Below are positions 29,581 to 38,535 of a stretch of 64,000 nucleotides of DNA, piece after piece. This DNA is from Christensenella sp. (GTDB lineage Bacteria; Bacillota; Clostridia; Christensenellales; CAG-138). Location: positions 24,690 through 88,689 of the forward strand of contig JAYFPQ010000057.1 in the NCBI GenBank assembly GCA_034927595.1. Direction: 5' to 3'. A program made the position numbers and the translations under genes. Position 1 is the stretch's first letter. Each line of letters begins with the position of its first letter. The notes below the pieces were generated by a model that did not search any database, was not told the origin of the DNA, and saw only the letters and a list, made by a program, of their open reading frames with translations.

Positions 29581-31011
29581 TTAAATAATGTACTTCTCGT
29601 TCTTTTCGGGAATCGCGGCGAGCTCCGCGCGTTTTTCGTCGTAGCCCGCTTTGCCAAGCAGCGCGTAGGTTGCCTTTTTACCCTCTTCCACGCCGGGCTG
29701 GTCAAAGGCGTTGATGTTGAGCAGTTCGCCCGCAAACGCCGTCGCCATCTCAAAGAGGAACAGAAGCTGTCCGACAGTAAACGCGTTTACCTCCGGCAGC
29801 ACGATCGTGTGGTTGATGTGCCCGCTCTTGCTCACGGCGTATTCCGTCGCCTTGAGTTCGGCGGCGATCAGCTCGTTTTGCGTGTGTCCGCAGAGGAACG
29901 AAACGTCCGGCACGTCGAAATAGCCGTCACTGATCATCGTTTCGCAGCGGTAGCGATCCACCGCAAGGAACGTGAGCACCTTGTCGAACGGGCCTTCCGT
30001 GTAGAGCTGCACCTGCGAGTGCTGATCCGTGACGCCGAGGCTCTTGACCGGCGTCTGTCCCGCGTTGACCACGCAGCCGTCCCAATCGACCTTTTTGCCG
30101 AGGGACTCCGCCCAGAGCTGGGCATACCAGTCCGCCATGTAGCGCAGCGAATCCGCATACGGCATCATGACGCTGATGTTGCAACCGCGCTTCATGCTGG
30201 CAACCTGCAAGGTGGCGAGCATATAGGCCGGGTTCTTCCAAACGTCCTTGTGCATGTCGCAGAGCGCGTCCATATACGCCGCGCCCGCGAGCAGCTCGCG
30301 AATGTCAATTCCGCAGACCGCCGCCGCAAGCAGGCCAACCGGACAGAGCTCGGAGAAACGTCCGCCGACGCCTTCCGGAATATAATACGTCTTCAGGTTC
30401 TCGCTCTTGGCAATCTTGATCAGGTTGCCTTTCTTCTCGTCCGTCGTGGCGACGAGGTGCGTGCTGATGTCCGCGCCGAGCTTCTCGTGCAGCAGTGCGG
30501 AGATGATCAGAAGCTGGCTCATCGTTTCCGAAGTGCCGCCGGATTTGCTGATGACGTTGAAGCAGGTTTTCTCGACGTCGACTACGTCCAACAGCGCTGC
30601 CATACGCTCCGGATCGATGTTGTCCTCAACAAACAGACGCGGGCCGTTCCGCTTGTCCCGCGGAAGGTCGTTGTAGCGCAGATGGTTGAGCGCCTGCTGA
30701 ACGGCGGTTGGGCCGAGCGCGCTGCCGCCGATGCCGAGCACGACAAAATCGTCAAAGCTGTCGCGAATGCGCGCCGCTTCCTCGAGGATGGAAGCGACGA
30801 TTTCATCCTGATTGTAAGGCAACTCGCGCCAGCGCATGATCGGCCGTTTGGCGCGCATGCTGGCAATTGCCGCGTCGATCTGCGGTTGCATGACTTCGAG
30901 CTCGCGGCGGTAGATGCCGCGGTTGCCGAGCTGGTCGGACATCATGTTGTTAAAATCCAGTCGCAGACGCATTGAGTTGCGCCAGGATTCGTCGGTATAG
31001 CGTTCCATCAT
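29581..31011 (-). CDS. pgi: Glucose-6-phosphate isomerase
   Basis: 'VVLGIGGSALGP', 'ISKSGGTSET' and 'GGRFSELC'-type PGI motifs are present. GGAGG lies 9 nt upstream of ATG 31011. Confidence 0.92.
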   Translation of the reverse strand: MMERYTDESWRNSMRLRLDFNNMMSDQLGNRGIYRRELEVMQPQIDAAIASMRAKRPIMRWRELPYNQDEIVASILEEAARIRDSFDDFVVLGIGGSALGPTAVQQALNHLRYNDLPRDKRNGPRLFVEDNIDPERMAALLDVVDVEKTCFNVISKSGGTSETMSQLLIISALLHEKLGADISTHLVATTDEKKGNLIKIAKSENLKTYYIPEGVGGRFSELCPVGLLAAAVCGIDIRELLAGAAYMDALCDMHKDVWKNPAYMLATLQVASMKRGCNISVMMPYADSLRYMADWYAQLWAESLGKKVDWDGCVVNAGQTPVKSLGVTDQHSQVQLYTEGPFDKVLTFLAVDRYRCETMISDGYFDVPDVSFLCGHTQNELIAAELKATEYAVSKSGHINHTIVLPEVNAFTVGQLLFLFEMATAFAGELLNINAFDQPGVEEGKKATYALLGKAGYDEKRAELAAIPEKNEKYII

Positions 31012-31083
31012 AATAGAAAACCTCCAATTGGTTTCGAATATACTACCATATTTCAGGCGGTGAAAAAAGCGAAAATCCGAAAA

Positions 31084-31926
31084 TCAAGTTGGTAAATTCG
31101 CTTCTTTTGCCAATTTAGATTGCGCATAGAGCGCGAGCATGCGCTCATAGCTTTCGTAAAGCTCCGGTATCTGGCGGTACATGTCGCTGTAGACCTCGAT
31201 AAACGCGGGGCCCTGATAGCCAAACGCCGCAAGCTCGTCAAACATCTGCACAAAGTCGTAGTTCCCCGCGCCGGGCATGGCATACCGCGCGGAGTCGTTC
31301 TCCTGCTGCGTTGCATCGCAGAGGTGCACGTTGACAATTCGGCTGCCGACGGCGCGGATGTATTCCATTGGGTCGTGCCCGCTGCGAACGGCTTGCTTGA
31401 CATCCAGCGTAAAGCGCAGCGCGTCGCCGCCAATGGCGTCCAGCAGGCGGACGCCAAACTCCGGCTCGTTGAAGACGCACCAACTGACGTTTTCGAGCGT
31501 GAGCTGAATGCCGTACTGCCGCGCAAGCACACTCAACTCTACGAGGATGGGCGCGATGCGCGTCAGCCCAATGTTCTTGACCCCACCGAAGAGCCGTGCC
31601 GGGCCGTGCATCACATAATGGCTCGCGCCGAGGCGTTTTCCGTCCGCAAGCACCTGCTCGAAGATGCGCCAGGCGTCGTCCCGCTGGCGGGGATGGACGG
31701 AGAAGAGTTGCGGTTCAAACTGCATGCTCATCGGGTGAATGCTGAACACGCGCAGGTTCGAACGGCGAATGCGCTCGTCGAGCAGCTCGACAAACGCGGG
31801 GTCGTATTCGGAAAACGAATTCAGGAACACTTCGCAGACGGGAACGCCGCGCGCGCCCATATCCAACACCGCGTCCTCAATCTGGAGTTTGCTGAAATAG
31901 CTTGCCGTTGAAATACCAATCTCCAT
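31084..31926 (-). CDS. Sugar phosphate isomerase/epimerase (xylose isomerase-like TIM barrel)
   Basis: Length is about 280 aa. 'MEIGISTASYF' is at the N-terminus, and the 'LTLEN' and 'VHLCD' metal-site-like motifs are typical of AP endonuclease 2 / TIM-barrel family proteins. I chose start 31926 to avoid overlap with the divergent gene. Confidence 0.75.
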   Translation of the reverse strand: MEIGISTASYFSKLQIEDAVLDMGARGVPVCEVFLNSFSEYDPAFVELLDERIRRSNLRVFSIHPMSMQFEPQLFSVHPRQRDDAWRIFEQVLADGKRLGASHYVMHGPARLFGGVKNIGLTRIAPILVELSVLARQYGIQLTLENVSWCVFNEPEFGVRLLDAIGGDALRFTLDVKQAVRSGHDPMEYIRAVGSRIVNVHLCDATQQENDSARYAMPGAGNYDFVQMFDELAAFGYQGPAFIEVYSDMYRQIPELYESYERMLALYAQSKLAKEANLPT

Positions 31927-32032
31927 GTGGTTTAACCTCACACCGTATTTTAACACGCAGGCGACCAATTCGCCAGAAAAACCGAGTATAAGATAGGGCG
32001 CCAGCGCAAAGAAAACGTGATATAATCGGCGC

Positions 32033-33208
32033 ATGAGCCAAAAAACGAAACAACAATCAATACAAAAAAAGACGGCTTCGCTCGGCGGAACGGTCGTTCG
32101 GCTTGCAATTGCGCTTTCGCTTGCAATCCTCGGCTTCTCGTGGCCGCGCGTGTTCGCAGGACAGTCCGCCTGGGTGGAGTCGCATTACAGCGAAACCGTC
32201 TATCAAACGATTCGTCGCGCAATCTCCGCCGCAACGTCGCTTCTGCCGTGCTCGATTGCGGAGCTGCTGCTCTATGCGCTCGTGGTTGGGATTCCGGCGC
32301 TGCTCGTCGTACGCGTAATACAACTGTTGTTGAAAACTGCCGATTGGAAACGCTTGCTTCGAACCGTTGCGTCAATCCTGCTTGCGGGCACGATCGTGCT
32401 AAATCTTTTCTATATTACTTGGGGGTTCAACTACTTTCGCGAGCCGCTTGCACAGCGGTTGGGGTTGGATGTTTCAACCCGACCGGTGGAGGAGTTGGAG
32501 GCGTTCGTCTGGAACACGGCAAAGGAGGCAAGCGAACTTCGCAGAACGCTACCGGAGGACGAGCAGGGGGTGTTTGCCCCGACAGAATCGATGCAAACGA
32601 TCTTCGGCAAACTGCCGGAAGCATACGCCGCGCTGGCGAGCGACTACCCGATGTTTGAACCCGATCCGACGCGCGCAAAGCCGGTGCTCTGGTCACGCGG
32701 GCTCTCCTGGCAGGGCATCGCCGGAATCTACATTGGCCTGACCGCGGAACCAAACGTCAACGCGGATCAACCGCCGCTGCTGCTGTATCATGCGGCGGCG
32801 CACGAAATGGCGCACCAGACGGGCATTGCCAGCGAAAACGAGGCGGAGTTTACCGCATATCTGGCCTGCCGGTATTCGAGCGATCCGGTGGTTCGCTACT
32901 CCGGCCTCATGAACGCGCTGATTCTTTCCGGAAACGCGCTCTACAAGGCGGACAGCGCGCGCTATCTTGCGGCTACGCTGGCCTACGGGGACGCGGTCTG
33001 GCGCGACTTGGAAGCTTACGACGCATATTGGCACATGTTTGACGGCGAGGTTCGCGAGAGCGCGGACAAACGCAACGACGTGTATCTCAAGCACAATTCG
33101 CAGCCGAGCGGGATTTTGAGCTACGGCGAATCGGTCGATCTGATGCTTGCGTTCGCCGCAAAATACGGCAATTTGGAATTGGAAAACGAAGGCCAAACAA
33201 AAAATTAG
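32033..33208 (+). CDS. DUF3810-type membrane protein with an HExxH motif (putative zinc metalloprotease)
   Basis: There are N-terminal TM helices, 'AAHEMAHQ', and a family-typical length of about 390 aa. Confidence 0.7.
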   Translation: MSQKTKQQSIQKKTASLGGTVVRLAIALSLAILGFSWPRVFAGQSAWVESHYSETVYQTIRRAISAATSLLPCSIAELLLYALVVGIPALLVVRVIQLLLKTADWKRLLRTVASILLAGTIVLNLFYITWGFNYFREPLAQRLGLDVSTRPVEELEAFVWNTAKEASELRRTLPEDEQGVFAPTESMQTIFGKLPEAYAALASDYPMFEPDPTRAKPVLWSRGLSWQGIAGIYIGLTAEPNVNADQPPLLLYHAAAHEMAHQTGIASENEAEFTAYLACRYSSDPVVRYSGLMNALILSGNALYKADSARYLAATLAYGDAVWRDLEAYDAYWHMFDGEVRESADKRNDVYLKHNSQPSGILSYGESVDLMLAFAAKYGNLELENEGQTKN

Positions 33209-33325
33209 ATTACATGAATATATTTCAATATTTTAGCCGTTTTGGGTTTACAAACCCTTGTCGATGATGTATGCTGATATCGAAAAGGTATGATATCTAA
33301 ATAAAATTATTTAGGAGAGAGATAC

Positions 33326-34798
33326 ATGATCGACTTGACCAAAAACCCGAAAGGGCTTCAAAACAGCGTTGACCGGGCACGCGAAAAGGGAATTATCATT
33401 CCGACGTTCGCCGAAATGCAGAATCCCGATTTAATCCCGGATAAAATCAAGCAGAAACTGACCAAGGTCGGCCTTTGGGACATCAACCCGCTGAACCTGT
33501 TCCGCATCAGCTGGCGCAACGAGCCGAAGGAAACCGGCGGTCAGTTCGGCGGCGTGAACTTCATCGAAGTGCCTTCCTCGCTCTCCGGCGTGAAGGCGCG
33601 CATCATCATCTTGACGGGCAAATGGTTCCCGACGGGCTGCCACAAGGTTGGCGCGTCGTTCGGCTGCCTCGTGCCGCGTCTCGTCACCGGACAGTTCGAC
33701 CCCACCTACCACAAGGCCGTTTGGCCGAGCACCGGCAACTACTGCCGCGGCGGTGCATACAACTCCGCTTTGCTTTCCTGCGATTCCATTGCGATTCTCC
33801 CCGCCGAGATGAGCAAGGAGCGTTTCGAATGGCTCAAGACCGTTGCGGGCGAAATCATCGCGACCCCCGGCTGCGAGAGCAACGTCAAGGAAATCTTTGA
33901 CAAAACCTGGGAACTCAAGACGACCCGCAAGGACGTCATGATCTTCAACCAGTTTGAAGAAATGGGCAACTGCGTCTGGCACTATCAGGTGACCGGCAAG
34001 GCGATTGCGGACGCGTTTGAATCCATCAAGCGCGACGGCGATCGGTTCGCGGGCGCGGCCTTCACGAGCGGAAGCGCGGGTACCATGTCCGCGGGCGACT
34101 ACCTCAAGGAAGTTTACCCGACGAGTAAGCTCGCCGTCGGCGAAGCGCTCCAGTGCCCGACGCTGCTGAACAACGGCTTTGGCGGACACCGCATCGAAGG
34201 CATTGGCGACAAGCACGTGCCGTGGATTCACAACGTGAAGAACACCGACATGGTGATTGACATTGACGACGAAGACAGCCAGAAGCTGCTCCGGCTCTTC
34301 AACGATCCGGAAGGCAAGAAGTACCTCGTCGAAGAAGTCGGCGTTCCGGCGGACTTCGTCGAGAAGCTCTCGCTGCTCGGCATCTCCGGCATCGCGAACA
34401 TGCTCTGCTGCATCAAGATGGCGAAGTACTACGAGCTGACCGAGCACGACGTACTCGCAACGGTCGGCACGGACTCCTCCGTGATGTACACGAGCCGCAT
34501 TCAGGAGCTCGAAGAGGCAGACGGCGCATACAGCCCGGTCAAGGCCGCGGCGGACTACTCCGAGCACTTGCACGGCATCCGTACGGACGTTATGGAAGAA
34601 CTCACCTACGAGGGCCGCAAGCGCGTTCACAACCTCAAGTACTACACCTGGGTGGAACAGCAGGGCAAGACCTACGAAGAGATCAACCAGCAGTGGTACG
34701 ACGAGCATTATTGGACGGACATGCACGCGCAGGCCGCCGAGATCGACGCGCTCATTCACGAGTTCAACGACAAGACCGGCGTGCTCAAGAGCCTGTAA
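33326..34798 (+). CDS. Fold-type II (TrpB/cysteine synthase-like) PLP-dependent enzyme, 490 aa, function unknown
   Basis: 'FPTGCHKVGA' resembles the TrpB Schiff-base motif xTGxHK. 'SGSAGT' is a phosphate-binding loop. A roughly 120-aa helical C-terminal extension follows. RBS is TAGGAGAGAG. Confidence 0.7.
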   Translation: MIDLTKNPKGLQNSVDRAREKGIIIPTFAEMQNPDLIPDKIKQKLTKVGLWDINPLNLFRISWRNEPKETGGQFGGVNFIEVPSSLSGVKARIIILTGKWFPTGCHKVGASFGCLVPRLVTGQFDPTYHKAVWPSTGNYCRGGAYNSALLSCDSIAILPAEMSKERFEWLKTVAGEIIATPGCESNVKEIFDKTWELKTTRKDVMIFNQFEEMGNCVWHYQVTGKAIADAFESIKRDGDRFAGAAFTSGSAGTMSAGDYLKEVYPTSKLAVGEALQCPTLLNNGFGGHRIEGIGDKHVPWIHNVKNTDMVIDIDDEDSQKLLRLFNDPEGKKYLVEEVGVPADFVEKLSLLGISGIANMLCCIKMAKYYELTEHDVLATVGTDSSVMYTSRIQELEEADGAYSPVKAAADYSEHLHGIRTDVMEELTYEGRKRVHNLKYYTWVEQQGKTYEEINQQWYDEHYWTDMHAQAAEIDALIHEFNDKTGVLKSL

Positions 34799-34811
34799 CA
34801 AACCAACAAAC

Positions 34812-34846
34812 AAAAGACCCGCCAATCAAACGGCGGGTCTTTTTTG
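34812..34846 (+). terminator. Intrinsic terminator after the PLP enzyme gene
   Basis: AAAAGACCCGCC-aatcaaac-GGCGGGTCTTTT-TT. Confidence 0.85.
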
Positions 34847-34894
34847 GCGGGTCTATTTTTGATCGATTTCGCTTAACAGGAGTATATCGATCCA

Positions 34895-35407
34895 TTAAGG
34901 CGCGGGTGTGCCATCGGGAACCGGTGCGTAGGGAGTTACGACCTCGAGCACAAAGTCCATCTGCGTAACGTCGATGTCCGTATTGATTTCGGCATAGATC
35001 GCGTTGGTGCCCGTCTCAAGGCGCGTGGTGCCAAGGGCGTTGTGCAGCGTACCAATGCCGCAGACCTTGTTGTCCGACGTGTAGTACACAATCTGCATTT
35101 TTCCGTCGAGCGGCGCGGGATACGCATTTACGCAGAGCCCGTCCAGAAACGTTCCGTCGCCGTACTCGTAGACGCGCAGTTCGCCAAAGGCGAGGTACTG
35201 CCCGTAGTGATCGCCCGGCTGCATCTCGTTTCCGAGCAGATCGGTCGGCAGCGGCTCGGCGGTGATCTCCGCGGAAAACGCGTCTGGTAGCGGCGTAGGC
35301 GTTGCGGCGGGCGTAGGCGTGCCCGCGAGCACCGGCGTCGCGTTATCGCAGGCGCACAGCGCAAGCACGAGCCCCAGCGCGAGGAGTAACACGACGAGTC
35401 GTCTCAT
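34895..35407 (-). CDS. Small hypothetical lipoprotein
   Basis: 'MRRLVVLLLALGLVLALCAC' is a signal peptide with a lipobox. A Pro/Thr/Ala linker and a beta-rich domain follow. The ATG overlaps the pncB stop as ATGA. Confidence 0.65.
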   Translation of the reverse strand: MRRLVVLLLALGLVLALCACDNATPVLAGTPTPAATPTPLPDAFSAEITAEPLPTDLLGNEMQPGDHYGQYLAFGELRVYEYGDGTFLDGLCVNAYPAPLDGKMQIVYYTSDNKVCGIGTLHNALGTTRLETGTNAIYAEINTDIDVTQMDFVLEVVTPYAPVPDGTPAP

Positions 35408-36837
35408 GTGTGGTCTCCGACCGCGTCGCGTAAGAGCTTCTGCTTGAGGTCGTAGAGCGCGTCCGAGAGGTCGACCTTATACGTATGTGGCATCAAGAGG
35501 CGCTTGTACTCGTCCCACATCGAGGCAAGCTCCTTCTTGGCGTAGGCGGCTATCTCGTGAATGTCCGGGCACTGGTAGACCTGCTTTCCGTCGACAAAGA
35601 TCGGAACGAGCAGCTCACGCGCGGAGAAGTTTGTCAGCGTCATGCGCTTGTAGGTTTGAATCGGGTCGAAGATGCGCAGCGGCTTTGAGACGTCAATGGT
35701 TTCGTGTTCGAGCGAAATCAAATCCGCAATCGCCATGTTGTCCTTGTCGTAGAGGCGAAATACCTTTTTGTAGCCCGGATTCGTGACCTTCTCCGGATTG
35801 TCGGAGATTTTGATTTTCGGAATCAGCTTGCCGTCGACGATTTCGCCGCTCATCTTATATACGCCGCCGAGCGCGGGATTGCTCTCGCTCGTGATCAGCC
35901 GCGTACCAACGCCCCAAACGCTGATGCACGCACCCTGCGTCTTCAGGTCGCGAATTAGGTACTCGTCCAGATCGCTGCTCGCCGCAATCTTTGCCTTGGG
36001 GAAGCCCGCTTCGTCGAGCATGACGCGCGCCTTCTTGCTCAGGTACGCAAGGTCGCCGCTGTCGAGGCGAATGCCAACGGGCTCATGTCCCGCCGCGCGG
36101 AGCTCATTGAACACGGTGATTGCGTTCGGAACGCCGCTGCGCAGCGTGTCGTAGGTGTCGACCAGCAGCAGTGTGCTGTCCGGGAACACGCGCGCGTAGG
36201 CGCGAAACGCGCTGACCTCGTCCGGAAAGCTCTGCACCCAGCTGTGCGCGTGCGTGCCGGAGACGGGAATGTCAAACATCTGGCCGGTGAGTACGTTGCT
36301 CGTCGCGTTACAGCCGCCAATGATGGCTGCGCGCGCGCCGTAGATCGCCGCGTCCGGTCCTTGCGCGCGGCGCAGGCCGAATTCGAGCACGGAGTCGCCC
36401 TGCGCGGAATAGCAGATGCGGCTGGCCTTGGTTGCAATCAGCGTTTGATGGTTTACAAACGTCAGGATAGCGGTCTCGATCAGCTGCGCCTCCATAATCG
36501 GCGCGCGGACGCGAACGAGCGGCTCATATGGGAATACGACCGTGCCTTCCGGCATGGCGTAGAGTTCGCCTGTGAAGCGGAATGTTGAAAGATAGGTTAG
36601 AAACGATTCGTCAAAGAGCTTTAACGAGCGCAGATAGGCAATGTCCTCGTCGGAGAAGTGAATCGCGTTGATGTAGTTGACCACGCTTTCCGTGCCCGCC
36701 ATGACGGCGTATTCCACGTCTTCCTTCGGGCGGAAAAACAGGTCGAAGATTCCGGTATTGTTCTGCATGCCCTCCTTGAAGTAGCCGTACATCATGGTCA
36801 GCTGGTACAAGTCGGTCAGCATGGTGAGATTTCGCAT
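35404..36837 (-). CDS. pncB: Nicotinate phosphoribosyltransferase
   Basis: 'LTDLYQLTMMYGYF', 'GTHAHSW' and 'GIRLDSGD' are present. ATG 36837 follows GAAGGAGG. Confidence 0.92.
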   Translation of the reverse strand: MRNLTMLTDLYQLTMMYGYFKEGMQNNTGIFDLFFRPKEDVEYAVMAGTESVVNYINAIHFSDEDIAYLRSLKLFDESFLTYLSTFRFTGELYAMPEGTVVFPYEPLVRVRAPIMEAQLIETAILTFVNHQTLIATKASRICYSAQGDSVLEFGLRRAQGPDAAIYGARAAIIGGCNATSNVLTGQMFDIPVSGTHAHSWVQSFPDEVSAFRAYARVFPDSTLLLVDTYDTLRSGVPNAITVFNELRAAGHEPVGIRLDSGDLAYLSKKARVMLDEAGFPKAKIAASSDLDEYLIRDLKTQGACISVWGVGTRLITSESNPALGGVYKMSGEIVDGKLIPKIKISDNPEKVTNPGYKKVFRLYDKDNMAIADLISLEHETIDVSKPLRIFDPIQTYKRMTLTNFSARELLVPIFVDGKQVYQCPDIHEIAAYAKKELASMWDEYKRLLMPHTYKVDLSDALYDLKQKLLRDAVGDHT

Positions 36838-37083
36838 GAGAAAGGGTCCTCCTTCGTTCAAATGCGAACCTCGTCCGAAAATGAGGGCGGGGTTCAGTTG
36901 ATAAAACAATTTGATTTATTATAACGCGAAAACGACCGAGAAAAAAGGAAAAGGGGGATGTTACGGAGGAAACAATGAAAAATTTAAGGAAACATTCAGA
37001 ATCCATCCGATGAACGATTTTTTTGGTAGATTCGGACGTATTAAAACGAGATAAAATGAGCTCAATATTTTGTCGAAAAGGAA

Positions 37084-37112
37084 TTGACAATAAACCCTCC
37101 TACGGCTATAAT
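37084..37112 (+). promoter_or_regulatory. Perfect consensus sigma-A promoter for tRNA-Leu
   Basis: TTGACA (37084-37089), a 17-nt spacer, then TATAAT (37107-37112). The tRNA 5' end lies 11 nt downstream. Confidence 0.75.
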
Positions 37113-37122
37113 GACATGGTGC

Positions 37123-37205
37123 GCGGCAGTGCTGGAATTGGCAGACAGGCACGTTTGAGGGGCGTGTGCGCGAGCGTATGGGTTCAAGTCCCATCTGCCG
37201 CACCA
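37123..37205 (+). tRNA. tRNA-Leu (anticodon GAG), class II with a long variable arm, CCA encoded
   Basis: The acceptor stem is GCGGCAG/CTGCCGC. The D arm contains GAATTGGCAGA. The anticodon stem is CACGT/GCGTG with loop TT-GAG-GG. The variable arm is 11 nt. The T arm is ATGGG-TTCAAGT-CCCAT. The discriminator is A, followed by CCA. Confidence 0.92.
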
Positions 37206-37211
37206 ACAAAA

Positions 37212-37241
37212 ATGATCACCCAACAGGGTGGTCATTTTTTG
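37212..37241 (+). terminator. Intrinsic terminator after tRNA-Leu
   Basis: ATGATCACCC-aaca-GGGTGGTCAT-TTTTTTG. Confidence 0.88.
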
Positions 37242-37373
37242 TTGCCGATCAAATCAGATGGGACTTGAAACCGCATAATGTTTTAAATAGGATGCGAATA
37301 TCGAATTTTCGCTATAATACAAAGTGAATTATGCTATAATAACCGAAATCGTTTGTTTCGGGGGATCGTTTCC

Positions 37374-38261
37374 ATGTTTGAATTACACCAAGTCACCGAA
37401 TCAGCCTATTATATCGAAAGCCCTGCCAAGATCGGGTTGATCCGCCTCAACGAGACGGACGTTTGCCTGATCGACAGCGGAAACGATAAGGACGCAGGCC
37501 GCAAAGTGCGCCAGATTCTCGACGCCAACGGCTGGAAACTCAAAACAATCTACAACACGCATTCCAACGCCGACCACATTGGCGGAAACAAATACCTGCA
37601 AACGCAGACCGGCTGTGATATCTTTGCGCCGGGAATGGAGCGCGACTTTACCGTGCATCCGCTGCTGGAGCCTTCGTTTCTCTACGGAGGTTTTCCGCCA
37701 AAGGATCTGCGGCACAAATTTCTCATGGCGCAGGAAAGCGAAGCGGACGAGCTCACGCAGGACGCGCTGCCGGACGGCATAACAATCGTTCCGCTGCCCG
37801 GACACTTCTTCGACATGGTCGGGTTTGAAACCGCGGATGGCGCGGTGTTCCTCGCGGACTGCCTTTCCAGCCGTGAAACGCTGGAGAAATACCAGATTAC
37901 GTTTGTTTACGATGTCGCGGCCTATCTTGCAACGCTGGAGCGCGTGAAGACCATGCAGGCAAAGGTGTTTGTCCCCGCGCACGCCGAAATAACGGGCGAG
38001 ATTGCGACGCTCGCGCAATGCAACATCGACAAAGTGCACGAGATCGCGGAGAAAATTCTCGAACTATGCCAAACACCGATGCAATTCGAGGCATTATTGC
38101 AGCAACTGTTTCTGACGTATGACTTGAAAATGACCATTGAACAGTATGTGCTCGTTGGCAGTACGGTGCGCTCGTATCTGGCGTGGCTTAAGGATAACTG
38201 CAGGGTAGAGGCGTTGTTTGAAAACGCGCAGATGCTCTGGAAAACAACAACCGTAAAATAA
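37374..38261 (+). CDS. MBL-fold metallo-hydrolase with a variant metal motif
   Basis: 'CLIDSGND', then 'NTHSNADHIGG' (H-x-N-x-D-H instead of H-x-H-x-D-H), then 'PLPGHF'. Confidence 0.78.
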   Translation: MFELHQVTESAYYIESPAKIGLIRLNETDVCLIDSGNDKDAGRKVRQILDANGWKLKTIYNTHSNADHIGGNKYLQTQTGCDIFAPGMERDFTVHPLLEPSFLYGGFPPKDLRHKFLMAQESEADELTQDALPDGITIVPLPGHFFDMVGFETADGAVFLADCLSSRETLEKYQITFVYDVAAYLATLERVKTMQAKVFVPAHAEITGEIATLAQCNIDKVHEIAEKILELCQTPMQFEALLQQLFLTYDLKMTIEQYVLVGSTVRSYLAWLKDNCRVEALFENAQMLWKTTTVK

Positions 38262-38290
38262 GAGCCTTACCATAACGGGTAAACCAGCTA

Positions 38291-38324
38291 AAACAGTCTC
38301 TGATACAAAAGAGGCTGTTTTTTC
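38291..38324 (+). terminator. Intrinsic terminator after the MBL gene
   Basis: ACAGTCTCT-gatacaaa-AGAGGCTGT-TTTTTC (one G-U pair). Confidence 0.75.
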
Positions 38325-38535
38325 ATTCTGTGTTGCACAAAACGAAAATAATATACAGTCAACGAATTTTGTAGTATAATACTGTTACAGAACAGATATG
38401 CACAATGTGTTAATTAATCACAGACGATTCCGTGATGGCGCTCTATTTTTGTTGCAGAAGAACAAAATAAAGACGGCAGTCCATGCGGAGATCATGGACG
38501 GAGAACAATTCAGCAAACAACCGAAAGGAGCCGTT

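Noticed and set aside
29029-30975. A 648-aa ORF on the plus strand across the GNAT and pgi genes
   Set aside because: It is antisense to two well-supported minus-strand genes and spans their intergenic gap. Its composition is Arg/Ala-rich and it has no recognisable domain.
33431-34825. A 464-aa ORF antisense to the PLP enzyme. Similar long antisense ORFs occur at 3803-4999 (versus gap), 6121-7224 (versus fba), 50975-52204 and 53155-54174 (versus the ABC genes), 55325-56710 (versus priA) and 62277-63323 (versus pcrA).
   Set aside because: All of these are shadow frames opposite genes with clear family motifs. None has an RBS or a conserved motif.
34832-34860. A duplicated terminator 3' arm (GGCGGGTCTTTTTT followed by GGCGGGTCTATTTTT)
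   Set aside because: This is a small local duplication that could allow alternative pairing. There is no evidence of function, and it is probably slippage at the terminator.
36975-37013. A 12-codon mini-ORF (MKNLRKHSESIR) with a GGAGGA RBS between pncB and the tRNA-Leu promoter
   Set aside because: It is too short to evaluate. There is no terminator or attenuator logic around it, and its conservation is unknown.
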